Source of the DNA: Promethearchaeota archaeon
GTDB taxonomy: Archaea > Asgardarchaeota > Lokiarchaeia > Sigyniarchaeales > SOKP01
DNA length: 32,000 bases
Assembly: GCA_030606485.1 (NCBI GenBank)
Contig: JAUWGH010000005.1
Span: forward strand, 300,001 to 332,000
Direction: 5' to 3'
Shown here piece by piece: positions 17,745 to 26,947 of this stretch; within the stretch, counting starts at the first letter, position 1; the number at the start of each line of letters is the position of its first letter. A model generated the notes under the pieces. That model ran no database searches. It was not told the DNA's origin and saw only the letters and a program-made list of their open reading frames with translations. The translations under genes were made by a program, and so were the position numbers.

Positions 17745-18944
17745 TTAAATATAATCAACTTCAAAAGGTGTTTTAGGTAGGACTTCTGCACCTTTACTTG
17801 TAACAAGGGTAGGAGATTCTAATCGCAATCCTCCAATCTTTGGATTATTAAATACAATAGCGGCTATTTCAACCATTCCTTCTTCAAATACCATGTGACC
17901 CCATTCTTTACCAAAAGTTACAATCGGCCAACTTTCATTTCCGATACATCCTATACCATGCCCCATCGCGAAGAATAGATCTTTTTCATGTCCTGAAGCT
18001 TTAGCTACTTTATTCACTTCTTCATAGCATTCACCAAATGTTTTCCCTGGGACCCAATTATCTATAAGTGCATAGCATAGTTGTTCGTACAAATCGTTGA
18101 AAGCTTTTAATTCTGGAGGACATTTCCCAAGAACATAATTATGGCTTAAATCCCCAAGATAACAACCGTACTCTGAATGGAGGTCGACTAATAAAGATTC
18201 ACCTTCCATAACTAGCTTATTAGTAGCTGGAGTGCATCCACCCCAAATATAACTCGCTCGGTATCCTGAGCCAATCTCTTCACCTCCAGTGAAGGTCCAT
18301 TCAAAATTACTCCCCGCTTTTCTCATTGCAAGAGTTCCAATTCCAGCAATCTCATTTTCTGTAAAAACTTTCTCCGAAGGACGTTCAATTAATGCTTTCT
18401 TAACGGCCTCTTGCCCCACATCTGTGATCTCACTTGCTTTCCGCAACATTGCGATCTCTTCGGGTTCCTTAATAAACTGGATTCGCTCAGTTTTATCATT
18501 AAAATCCACAAATTCACATCCTGGAAATGCTTTCTTTAGGAGTTGTGCCTCTCCGTACTGAAGCATTCCCCCACTAATACAAATATCTTGACCAAGCTCA
18601 ACACCAATTCTGGGGGGCCTACCTTTTGGGTTATATACTCCTGCCTTTTTAGCAGCAGTTTTAATTTTCTTTTCTAAGTAGAAACCCTTCATGGGTCCAA
18701 TTCCCTCTACTTTCAACTGACCTTCAGCTTTACATCGCTCTACATCCAGGAGTACTGTAAAGAGAATTGGCTCCCCAGCTCCCTCTTTAGGTAGAAATAT
18801 CGCACTACGCCATGGGACGAATGCTCCAGTAAGATATGTTATGGACTTTACACGTGTGAGCACGCAAAAATCGAGATTAAGCTCATTCATAGCATTTAGA
18901 TACTTCTTTATGTGTCCCTTCCAATTAATTTTGATTTCACTCAT
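17745..18944 (-). CDS. M24 (pita-bread) family protein, Xaa-Pro peptidase/creatinase-like, with a non-canonical metal site
   Basis: Creatinase-N-like domain, IKEPEEIAMLRKA, VDLHSEYGCYLGDLSHNY, GHGIG and GGLRLES. Confidence 0.85.
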   Translation of the reverse strand: MSEIKINWKGHIKKYLNAMNELNLDFCVLTRVKSITYLTGAFVPWRSAIFLPKEGAGEPILFTVLLDVERCKAEGQLKVEGIGPMKGFYLEKKIKTAAKKAGVYNPKGRPPRIGVELGQDICISGGMLQYGEAQLLKKAFPGCEFVDFNDKTERIQFIKEPEEIAMLRKASEITDVGQEAVKKALIERPSEKVFTENEIAGIGTLAMRKAGSNFEWTFTGGEEIGSGYRASYIWGGCTPATNKLVMEGESLLVDLHSEYGCYLGDLSHNYVLGKCPPELKAFNDLYEQLCYALIDNWVPGKTFGECYEEVNKVAKASGHEKDLFFAMGHGIGCIGNESWPIVTFGKEWGHMVFEEGMVEIAAIVFNNPKIGGLRLESPTLVTSKGAEVLPKTPFEVDYI

Positions 18945-19063
18945 TTTAAAACAACTCTATAAATATTAGTTTAACTCTTATTAATATAAAGTTTTATACA
19001 AATTTTTTACCCTTCTAGATTGATACAGTTAAATAATAAAGGATTTTTAAGATTAGTTTAAAA

Positions 19064-19981
19064 ATGAAACTGAAACTTGCCACTAGGGTTTTAAATGAAG
19101 AATATTTCATTAACACCTTTCTAGAATATTACGTGAGTCTAGGAGTAGATGAGATTCATATTTTTGATTGTAGTTCTTATGATAATACCTTAAATATTAT
19201 TAGCGCTTGGCAAAGTAAGCATAAAGGTATAATTCTCGCTCTTTCTGATAAGCGGTTTAGACACACAAGTTATATTAATGCATCAAATTTCTGTAATTAT
19301 ATATTAGAATACGCAATCAATAATCAAATACAATCGGACGAAGATAGTTGGTGGATTTTTGCCGATATTGATGAATTTATTCGGGCTCCTAACGATAAGA
19401 ATCTAAAAAAGTTCTTAAAAGAGTGTCATAACGATTTAATTAGAACAGTCTTTATTGATTGGCAACCTCCGCCTGAACTGATAAATCAAAATTTAGAATT
19501 AAATTATATATTAAGAAATGTTCGACTAGGAAGATATAAAGGTTATATCCAAAAACTTTATGGGGATCCATTTTATAAAGATTATATCATCAATTTCACT
19601 CCTCACAATATAAAAACCTATGAAAAAATAAAAACAATCGCTGGATTTCATAGATTTATTTTAAAAAATCAAATTTTTTTACCTCCAAATGAATTCCTTA
19701 TTGTAGATCACCTTCGAACGGTTCCATTTCATATTTCTAAAAAAAGAATTAATAAACGTTTAAAACTACTCCAAGATGAGCAAGATGATTGGCTTTTAGA
19801 ACATTTTCTTCAATTAAAAAACCGATTTGAAGATTATGAACGTTTTTATAAGAATAGTAAATTGTATGCTTTTGAAGATCTCAAAGAAATCTTGAAAAAA
19901 ATCCAAGAATATGATAATCAAGAGAGTTATTTCAATAATGTGATTGTAAAAGAAAATATTCTAAAAACAAAGTTGATATAA
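19064..19981 (+). CDS. GT-A fold glycosyltransferase (family 2-like)
   Basis: RVLNEEYFINTFLEYY..LGVDEIHIFDCSSYDNT and the WWIFADIDEF DxD motif. Confidence 0.75.
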   Translation: MKLKLATRVLNEEYFINTFLEYYVSLGVDEIHIFDCSSYDNTLNIISAWQSKHKGIILALSDKRFRHTSYINASNFCNYILEYAINNQIQSDEDSWWIFADIDEFIRAPNDKNLKKFLKECHNDLIRTVFIDWQPPPELINQNLELNYILRNVRLGRYKGYIQKLYGDPFYKDYIINFTPHNIKTYEKIKTIAGFHRFILKNQIFLPPNEFLIVDHLRTVPFHISKKRINKRLKLLQDEQDDWLLEHFLQLKNRFEDYERFYKNSKLYAFEDLKEILKKIQEYDNQESYFNNVIVKENILKTKLI

Positions 19982-20085
19982 ATTCTCTTATTTAATTTAA
20001 ACATAAATTTTATAAAAATAAAATCAAAAAATCTAAGCAATAAAAGAAATTTTATTTTATTTATTCAGATAAATTTCAAAATTAT

Positions 20086-22308
20086 GTGAGTTTAATGGAG
20101 TTTATTGAATTTAATGGTGAAAGAATTGAAGTAAAGGATGGAAAATTGGATCTATCTGCTAAAGGTATTAAAAATATTTTGGATATTGAGCCATTATATA
20201 CACTAACAAGATTAAAGGTGCTTGACCTTAGATTTAATCGAATTTCGGATATTTCCGGATTAGAGATGTTTACGAATTTAGAACAGTTGTATTTAAGCGG
20301 AAATGAAATCTCTGAGATTAAAGGTCTTAAAACGCTTCTTAATTTAAAAATACTGAATTTATCCTCGAATAAGATTTCCCAAATTAGTGGTTTAGATACT
20401 CTTCTTAATTTAGAAAATCTAAATTTAAATAGAAATCAAATTTCCGAGATTAAGGGGCTTAAATCACCTAAAAAATTAGAACATCTCTCTCTTAGTAATA
20501 ATCAAATTTCTAAAATTGTTGGATTTGAAACATTAATTCAATTAAAAACTTTAAATCTTGCTTCTAATCAAATTACTGAGATTGAAGGACTTGAGAGATT
20601 CATTAAATTAGAAGAATTGGATCTTAATTCTAATAAAATTTCAGAAATTAAAGGGCTTGAAACATTAATTAATCTCAAAAAATTATATCTATGGGGTAAT
20701 CAAATTTCCGAGGTTAAAAGGATTGAGAGTCTCACTAATTTAGAAGATATAGATCTAAGTTCCAATAAAATTACTGAGATAATAGGTATATATGCTATTA
20801 AAAATTTGAAAAAATTAACTCTACACGATAATCAAATTTCTAAATTTAAGGGCCTTAACTGGCTTTTAAATTTAGAAGAACTTGATCTTAGCTCCAATGA
20901 AATTTCTGAAATAAAAGGGTTAATATCACTTAAAAATATGAAAAAATTAATTCTTTATAACAATCAAATCGCCGAGATTAAAGGATTCGAGGAACTAATT
21001 AATTTGAAAGAATTGGATCTAAGTTCAAATCAAATTACCGAAATTAAAGGGATTGAATCACTCCTGAATTTGCAAATATTAAATTTAAATAATAATAAAA
21101 TTAAGGATATTAAGGGATTGGAACTACTTACGAATTTGTGGAGGCTTGAATTTAAATCAAATCAAATCTCAGAAATTAAGTGTTTAAGCACCCTTATTAA
21201 TCTAGAGGTATTAGATCTAGATTTCAATCAAATTAAAGAAATTAAAAAGCTCGAGTCTTGTAATAGAATAAGATATTTTAGTATTTTAGGAAATGAAATT
21301 TCCGAAATTAAGGGGTTTGAAGTCCTCACCAACTTAGATTATCTAAATTTAAGAGAAAATCAAATTTTTGAGATTTCTGGGCTCGAATCCCTCTCAAAAT
21401 TAAAAAAACTATACCTTGGTGATAATCAAATTTCTGAAATAAAAGGACTTGAATCTCTTACGGAATTATGGATATTAGATCTTAAATATAATCAAATTTC
21501 AGAGATTAAAGGTCTAGAAACACTCAAGAAATTAGAGAATCTCAATCTTAGAAATAATAGAATTATTGATATCAGAGGGTTTGAAAATCTTGAAAATTTA
21601 AGAGAATTGACATTATCTAATAATAATATATCTCTAAATACATTAGAATCTTTAGGGGGATTAGATAATATGGGATATGCTAATAACCCCCAAAAATTTG
21701 TGGAACTTTGTCAATTAAAATTAAGACGAAAAAAGATAAGGGAGTTAGTGGAAGTAAAAAAAGAGGTTATTATTTACAAAGGAGAGGAAATTGAAGTAAA
21801 TGAAAAGAAATTAGATTTATCTAATAGAGGTATCCATGATATAACGGAGATTAAAGGACTTGAAAAACTTACAAAATTAATATTTTTGCGTCTAGATGGA
21901 AATGAAATTTCGGAGATTAAAGGACTTGAGACTTTTACTAATTTAAAGTATTTAAGACTGGATAAGAATAAAATTTCCGAAATAAAAGGGTTAGAAAATC
22001 TCATCAATTTGAACTGGCTCTTTTTAGATAATAACCAGATTTCAGAGATTAAAGGTCTAGAAACACTCATAAATTTACAAAAATTAGAACTTAGTTATAA
22101 TCAAATTGCGGAAATTAAAGAATTAGACCCTCTTATAAATCTAGAAAATCTAAATTTGACTTCTAATCGAATTACTGAAATTAAAGGGCTAGATACACTT
22201 AAAAATCTTATCTTGCTATATCTTAAGAATAATAATATTGATGACTATCAAATTAATAAGTTTAAAAAGAAATCAGTTGAGCGAAGAAATTTCTATTTTC
22301 GGATATAA
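20086..22308 (+). CDS. Leucine-rich repeat protein with 28 SDS22-like 22-aa repeats in two modules (22 + 6)
   Basis: Consensus LxxLxxLxLxxNxIxEIKGLE. The N-cap (NGERIEVKDGKLDLS / KGEEIEVNEKKLDLS) occurs twice. Start is GTG 20086 or ATG 20095. Confidence 0.95.
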   Translation: MSLMEFIEFNGERIEVKDGKLDLSAKGIKNILDIEPLYTLTRLKVLDLRFNRISDISGLEMFTNLEQLYLSGNEISEIKGLKTLLNLKILNLSSNKISQISGLDTLLNLENLNLNRNQISEIKGLKSPKKLEHLSLSNNQISKIVGFETLIQLKTLNLASNQITEIEGLERFIKLEELDLNSNKISEIKGLETLINLKKLYLWGNQISEVKRIESLTNLEDIDLSSNKITEIIGIYAIKNLKKLTLHDNQISKFKGLNWLLNLEELDLSSNEISEIKGLISLKNMKKLILYNNQIAEIKGFEELINLKELDLSSNQITEIKGIESLLNLQILNLNNNKIKDIKGLELLTNLWRLEFKSNQISEIKCLSTLINLEVLDLDFNQIKEIKKLESCNRIRYFSILGNEISEIKGFEVLTNLDYLNLRENQIFEISGLESLSKLKKLYLGDNQISEIKGLESLTELWILDLKYNQISEIKGLETLKKLENLNLRNNRIIDIRGFENLENLRELTLSNNNISLNTLESLGGLDNMGYANNPQKFVELCQLKLRRKKIRELVEVKKEVIIYKGEEIEVNEKKLDLSNRGIHDITEIKGLEKLTKLIFLRLDGNEISEIKGLETFTNLKYLRLDKNKISEIKGLENLINLNWLFLDNNQISEIKGLETLINLQKLELSYNQIAEIKELDPLINLENLNLTSNRITEIKGLDTLKNLILLYLKNNNIDDYQINKFKKKSVERRNFYFRI

Positions 22309-22430
22309 GCTTAAAATTATTATATTTCTTTAATAAATGGTTAATTAATTATTGTAGATATCATCTAAAATAAATCTGATTGCCAATTAAATAATAAAAA
22401 TTAAAAACTTCCAACTAGTCTAATATTTAA

Positions 22431-23735
22431 ATGAAATCTTTTAACGTTGATCTGCATATCCATAGCCCTCATTCTATTTCAGTTTCGAAAAATCTGAATT
22501 TAGATACAATGGTGGAAACTTGTAAAAAAAAAGGATTAGATATTATTGGTACTGGAGATATTCTCCAACCAACTTGGTTAAAATATATGGAAAATAACCT
22601 TCTAAAAGAGAAAGATGGAATTTTTTTATATAAAAATGTTAATTTTATTTTGCAGACAGAGATAGAAGATAAGGAGAATATTCATGAGGTTGTTTTACTT
22701 CCAGATTTTGAAGCTGTCAGAGAACTTCAAAAAAAATTAAAGCCCTTTTCGAAAAATCTTATGAATGAATGGGGTGGTCGTCCTAGAGTTAATTTAAGTC
22801 CTCCTGAACTAGTTTATGAAGTTGATGCTGTCGGAGGTTTAATTGGCCCTGCTCATGCTTTCACGCCATTTAAAGCGATTTTCAGGCAAAATAAGTATTC
22901 TACCTTAAAAGAATGTTATCAAGATTCTCTAAAAAAAGTATCATTTTTAGAATTGGGATTATCTGCAGATACTTATATCGCAGATCGAATGAAATGTCTT
23001 AAAGATATAAGCTTTCTGAGCAATAGCGATGCTCATTCGGAAGGTCCAACCTCACTTGGGAGAGAATTTAATAGATTTGAAATTGAAAAGCCAAATTTCG
23101 AAGAAATTGGTCTTGCCCTAAAGCGACAAAGTGGTCGTAAAATTATTCTAAATGTTGGATTAGATCCAAGATTGGGAAAATATTACAATATGTTTTGTAA
23201 TAAGTGTAGAAGAAGGATAATTTTTAAACTTGGAAAAAGTAATTCTTTTGGTTTTTTGAGTAATTATAAAATAGATGCCAATTTTATTACATATCTCGTA
23301 AGTGATCCAATAACAGCAAGGAAAAATTATCAAAAAGAAGTCGATAAAGGAAAAGTAATTTGCCAGGCATGTAAAAGTGAATTTAAAAAAAATTATAAGA
23401 TAAAATTAGGTGTATTTGAACGAATTGAAATGATTTCAGACTATGAGCAGCCAAAACATCCATCTTATCGACCACCCTATATTGACATAATACCTTTAGT
23501 AGAGATCATAAGAAAAGTACAAAATATTAAAAGCTCAAAATCTAAAACTGTATTGAAAATTTATAATGATTTAATAAATAAGCTAGGGGTTGAGTTTTCA
23601 ATCTTAATCGATTTACCTATTAAAAAGATAAGCGAAGTCAATAATGAAATAGCGATTGTAATTGACTCTTTTAGAAAAGGGAATATTGAAGTATTAACTG
23701 GAGGAGGCGGAGTATTCGGTGAAATTAAAATCTAA
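22431..23735 (+). CDS. PHP-domain endonuclease Q family protein
   Basis: DLHIHSPHS, GTGD, PAHAFTP, ELGLSAD, SNSDAHS, LGREFN, GLDPRLGKY, two CxxC pairs and GGGGVFG C-terminus. Confidence 0.85.
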   Translation: MKSFNVDLHIHSPHSISVSKNLNLDTMVETCKKKGLDIIGTGDILQPTWLKYMENNLLKEKDGIFLYKNVNFILQTEIEDKENIHEVVLLPDFEAVRELQKKLKPFSKNLMNEWGGRPRVNLSPPELVYEVDAVGGLIGPAHAFTPFKAIFRQNKYSTLKECYQDSLKKVSFLELGLSADTYIADRMKCLKDISFLSNSDAHSEGPTSLGREFNRFEIEKPNFEEIGLALKRQSGRKIILNVGLDPRLGKYYNMFCNKCRRRIIFKLGKSNSFGFLSNYKIDANFITYLVSDPITARKNYQKEVDKGKVICQACKSEFKKNYKIKLGVFERIEMISDYEQPKHPSYRPPYIDIIPLVEIIRKVQNIKSSKSKTVLKIYNDLINKLGVEFSILIDLPIKKISEVNNEIAIVIDSFRKGNIEVLTGGGGVFGEIKI

Positions 23736-23757
23736 ACGGATAAATCTTTAAAAATGT

Positions 23758-24027
23758 CTACATTAGGAATTCTAAATTTAAGTCAATTAGAGCTCCACAA
23801 TCACAAGTAAGCCACTCAAAAATTTTTAATGACACAGTTAATAATTCTATAGAGCTTCTTTTAAAAGTATTTGTAAAGGATCTCTGATAACCACAATTTG
23901 CACATGATAAAAGAGCACGAACTGTTATTTTATCATCATCAACTTGTTCCTTTATCGGTTCCTTTGAATGCTCGTTTCTGTTTATATAAGTATTCTCCAT
24001 GTTGAAAAAACTCAACCTCATTAACAT
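23758..24027 (-). CDS. Small putative zinc-ribbon protein
   Basis: CANC...CDC cysteine pairs and an acidic N-terminus; alternative ATG at 24000. Confidence 0.55.
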   Translation of the reverse strand: MLMRLSFFNMENTYINRNEHSKEPIKEQVDDDKITVRALLSCANCGYQRSFTNTFKRSSIELLTVSLKIFEWLTCDCGALIDLNLEFLM

Positions 24028-24138
24028 TTATATAAATTTATATTTTTAAATATATCTAACACGTAAATGACATAACTTTGTCTAAAAAAGTATAAAATAT
24101 CTTAATTTTATAGGGCAAAAACAAACATTAAGTATTTT

Positions 24139-25362
24139 TTATTTGGAAATTATTTTTGAGAAGTCAGTCTTTATGAAGACTATAATGCATATTATTAGTA
24201 GAAGCGTAATATAAGAAAAAGCCCAGAAGTATCCATATATTTCATAAATCATTCCAAATAATAGCGACTCTGGTAGTGAAATTAATCCTATTGATAAATA
24301 ATAATATCCATAGCCTCTCCCTCGTTTGTCTTTACCTGTTAAATCTCCAACATATGCACGAGCAACAGGATCAACAAACCCACGATAAAGTCCATAGATT
24401 CCAAACAAAATTGCGACTAATAATATACTAAAAATACTAACTTGTATAGGAAATGCTGAGACTATGCAAACACTGACAAGTAGAGTTAATCCGATCACTA
24501 TTACTTTCTTTCTTCCTATCTTATCTGAAAGTTTTCCAGCAACTGGGGAAAAAATGACGTAAACAATGTTAAATAAGAGATAAAAGATAGGAATTAAAAA
24601 GACAAAATCAACGGGTATAAGTTCTGATCCTCGAATGATGAGAAAAGCCACATCTAAACTAGCGAATTCCATAACTCCTAAAATAATGATAAATTTAAGA
24701 AATGATTTGTCAATTTTTTCAACTTGTCTTATTTTTAATTGTTCCTTTCCTATAGGAATAGTTTGGTCTTTTAATTCCTTAATTGTTAAGACTAAAATTA
24801 TTGCAATAAATCCTGGAATAATAGATAAAAGTATAATTTGGTTATAAGAAAGTGCAATAAATAGAAAGATTGAAGTTAATAAAGAACCAATCACCGCGCC
24901 GGCTGTGTCCATTGCACGATGAATACCAAAAGCTTTTCCTTTATCTTTTTCCCCATAGAATGAAATTAATGCATCTCGAGGAGATGTTCTAAGCCCTTTA
25001 CCTATACGTTCAACAAATTTTAATCCTAATATTGGTTCCCAAGAAGTTGAAAACCCCATAAGTGGTTTTGTAAGGTTTGATAAAGAATAACCTGCAACAA
25101 TAAACGGCTTTTTTTTCCTAATTTTATCTGACCACCAACCGGAAAACCCTTTTAAAATATTTGATGTTGCTTCTGTAATTCCTTGTATTAACCCCAATAT
25201 AAGCATATTTCCACCAACGGAAAAAATAAATAATGGTAAGATAGAAGTAATCATTTCAGAGGATATATCGGTGAATAATGACACTAATCCTAAAACCAAA
25301 ATAGGTGCAGAAACACCAAATATGATTTTTTCCTTTTGATGATTATTATTTTTCTCAGTCAT
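24139..25362 (-). CDS. Major facilitator superfamily transporter
   Basis: About 12 hydrophobic segments, with motif-A-like GWWSDKIRKKK and GKLSDKIGRKK, and ERIGKGLRTSPRDALI. Confidence 0.92.
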   Translation of the reverse strand: MTEKNNNHQKEKIIFGVSAPILVLGLVSLFTDISSEMITSILPLFIFSVGGNMLILGLIQGITEATSNILKGFSGWWSDKIRKKKPFIVAGYSLSNLTKPLMGFSTSWEPILGLKFVERIGKGLRTSPRDALISFYGEKDKGKAFGIHRAMDTAGAVIGSLLTSIFLFIALSYNQIILLSIIPGFIAIILVLTIKELKDQTIPIGKEQLKIRQVEKIDKSFLKFIIILGVMEFASLDVAFLIIRGSELIPVDFVFLIPIFYLLFNIVYVIFSPVAGKLSDKIGRKKVIVIGLTLLVSVCIVSAFPIQVSIFSILLVAILFGIYGLYRGFVDPVARAYVGDLTGKDKRGRGYGYYYLSIGLISLPESLLFGMIYEIYGYFWAFSYITLLLIICIIVFIKTDFSKIISK

Positions 25363-25748
25363 AATTCATTTAATTTTATTTTAGGTAATTATTTTAAAGA
25401 ACTAGTTAATATTTAAAATTTCTCGAAGAATTATATAAAGAAGTAATGGAAAAGTAATTAATTAGTATCAATAGAAAAAAAAAGGATTAGCAGAAAACCA
25501 AAAATTAATTGACACAATAGCAATAGGTACTACTACTAATTGGATCAAATTACAAAAAATATTCTTAAAACAAAAATTTTTTATGTTAAGAGATATTTTT
25601 TCTCTCACTAAGTTAAAAAATAAGTTTTACCTTATACTTAGGACGATTGTAATCGGTTCTAATAGCATAAATATTAGAAATAAAAGAAAGAAAAAAATAT
25701 TTAATCAATAAAATATATTCAGATGAATACTTCTGGTGTTTTTTAAAA

Positions 25749-26234
25749 TTGTCGGAAAAATTAGAATTTAAAGCTCTTGTAACAGGAGGAAAAGCGAGTG
25801 GTGGTCCTCCTATTGGACCTACAGTTGGACCCACGGGAATTAATATTAAAGATGTAGTGGATATGATAAATGAAAAAACGATGGCATTTAAGGGACTCAA
25901 TGTTCCGGTCAGAATTATTTTAAATACTGCTGATAAAAGTTTTGAGGTGATTGTTGAAACTCCATCAACATCTAGCTTATTACTTAAAGAAGCCGGAGCA
26001 GAAAAAGGTTCAGGCGCTGCAGGTACAGAAAATATTGGAGATATCACTTTTGATCAAGTTATGAATGTGGTCAACATGAAAAAGGAAAAATTACTTGCTA
26101 AATCCTTAAAAGGCATGTTCAAATCAATTTTAGGAACGTGTTTATCTGTTGGATTATTAGTAGATGGCCAAAATCCAAAAGAAATCCAAAATAAGATTGA
26201 TAATGGAGAATATGATAATAAATTTAATGAGTGA
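25749..26234 (+). CDS. rpl11: 50S ribosomal protein L11 (uL11)
   Basis: GGKASGGPPIGP, VETPSTSSLLLKEAG and ILGTCLSVG. TTG start. Confidence 0.97.
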   Translation: MSEKLEFKALVTGGKASGGPPIGPTVGPTGINIKDVVDMINEKTMAFKGLNVPVRIILNTADKSFEVIVETPSTSSLLLKEAGAEKGSGAAGTENIGDITFDQVMNVVNMKKEKLLAKSLKGMFKSILGTCLSVGLLVDGQNPKEIQNKIDNGEYDNKFNE

Positions 26235-26239
26235 AGAAA

Positions 26240-26944
26240 ATGAAAGTTGACAATAACTTAATAAAATCCGCTGTAAGCCAAGTAATTGACTATTCTATAA
26301 GGAAAAAAGAAGGATTTAAAGATAAAGTGAGAAAATTTGATGAATCAATTGATTTAATAATGATTTTAAAAAATTTAAATTTAAATGATCCAAAAAATAG
26401 GATTGATGAAGAATTTATACTTCCACACAAAATATTATATGAAGATAAAGTTCCAGTATGTTTTATTGCAAGTGGAGATATTCAATTAAAAGCAAAAAAG
26501 TTAGGTTATGACGTTTTTGATGAGGAAGCACTCGAGCAACTTGATAAGACTGATAAAAAAGAAAAGAAAAAATTTGTAAAAAAATATACATTTTTCATAA
26601 CAGAGCAAAAGTTGATGAAGTTAGTTGCTAGATATTTAGCGAGATTCTTGGGACCTCTTGGAAAAATGCCTAAACCATCTCCTAAAGGGTATGGTATAAT
26701 AAGAGAACAAGATGATATAAATGATATTCTAGAAAGACATAGAAGAATTGTTAGATTAAAGATGAGAAAGCAACCTCTCATTCAATTAAAAGTTGGAAAA
26801 AAATCTATGGATAAAGATAAAATTATTGAAAACATAATGTCTGTAATTAAACACATTGCAGATCAATTACCAAATAAATGGAATGGAGTTAAATCAATTT
26901 ATATTAAAACGTCAATGGGAAAACCAGTAAAATTAGGTGGATAA
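26240..26944 (+). CDS. rpl1: 50S ribosomal protein L1 (uL1)
   Basis: RKFDESIDLI, LGPLGKMPKP, VGKKSM and SIYIKTSMGKPV. ATG 26240, or GTG 26231 overlapping the rpl11 stop. Confidence 0.96.
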   Translation: MKVDNNLIKSAVSQVIDYSIRKKEGFKDKVRKFDESIDLIMILKNLNLNDPKNRIDEEFILPHKILYEDKVPVCFIASGDIQLKAKKLGYDVFDEEALEQLDKTDKKEKKKFVKKYTFFITEQKLMKLVARYLARFLGPLGKMPKPSPKGYGIIREQDDINDILERHRRIVRLKMRKQPLIQLKVGKKSMDKDKIIENIMSVIKHIADQLPNKWNGVKSIYIKTSMGKPVKLGG

Positions 26945-26947
26945 AAA

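Noticed and set aside
17745-18944. Higher GC of the M24 gene as evidence of horizontal transfer
   Set aside because: Native genes such as rpoE1 show similarly raised GC in this window, so composition alone is not diagnostic.
20086-22308. 66-nt periodic repeats as a CRISPR array or DGR target
   Set aside because: The repeats are degenerate, in frame and encode LRRs. There are no identical repeats with unique spacers, and no cas or reverse transcriptase gene or template repeat in the window.
25400-25610. Hydrophobic-looking short minus-strand reading frames upstream of the MFS gene
   Set aside because: No ATG start, and the hydrophobicity is explained by T-rich sequence.
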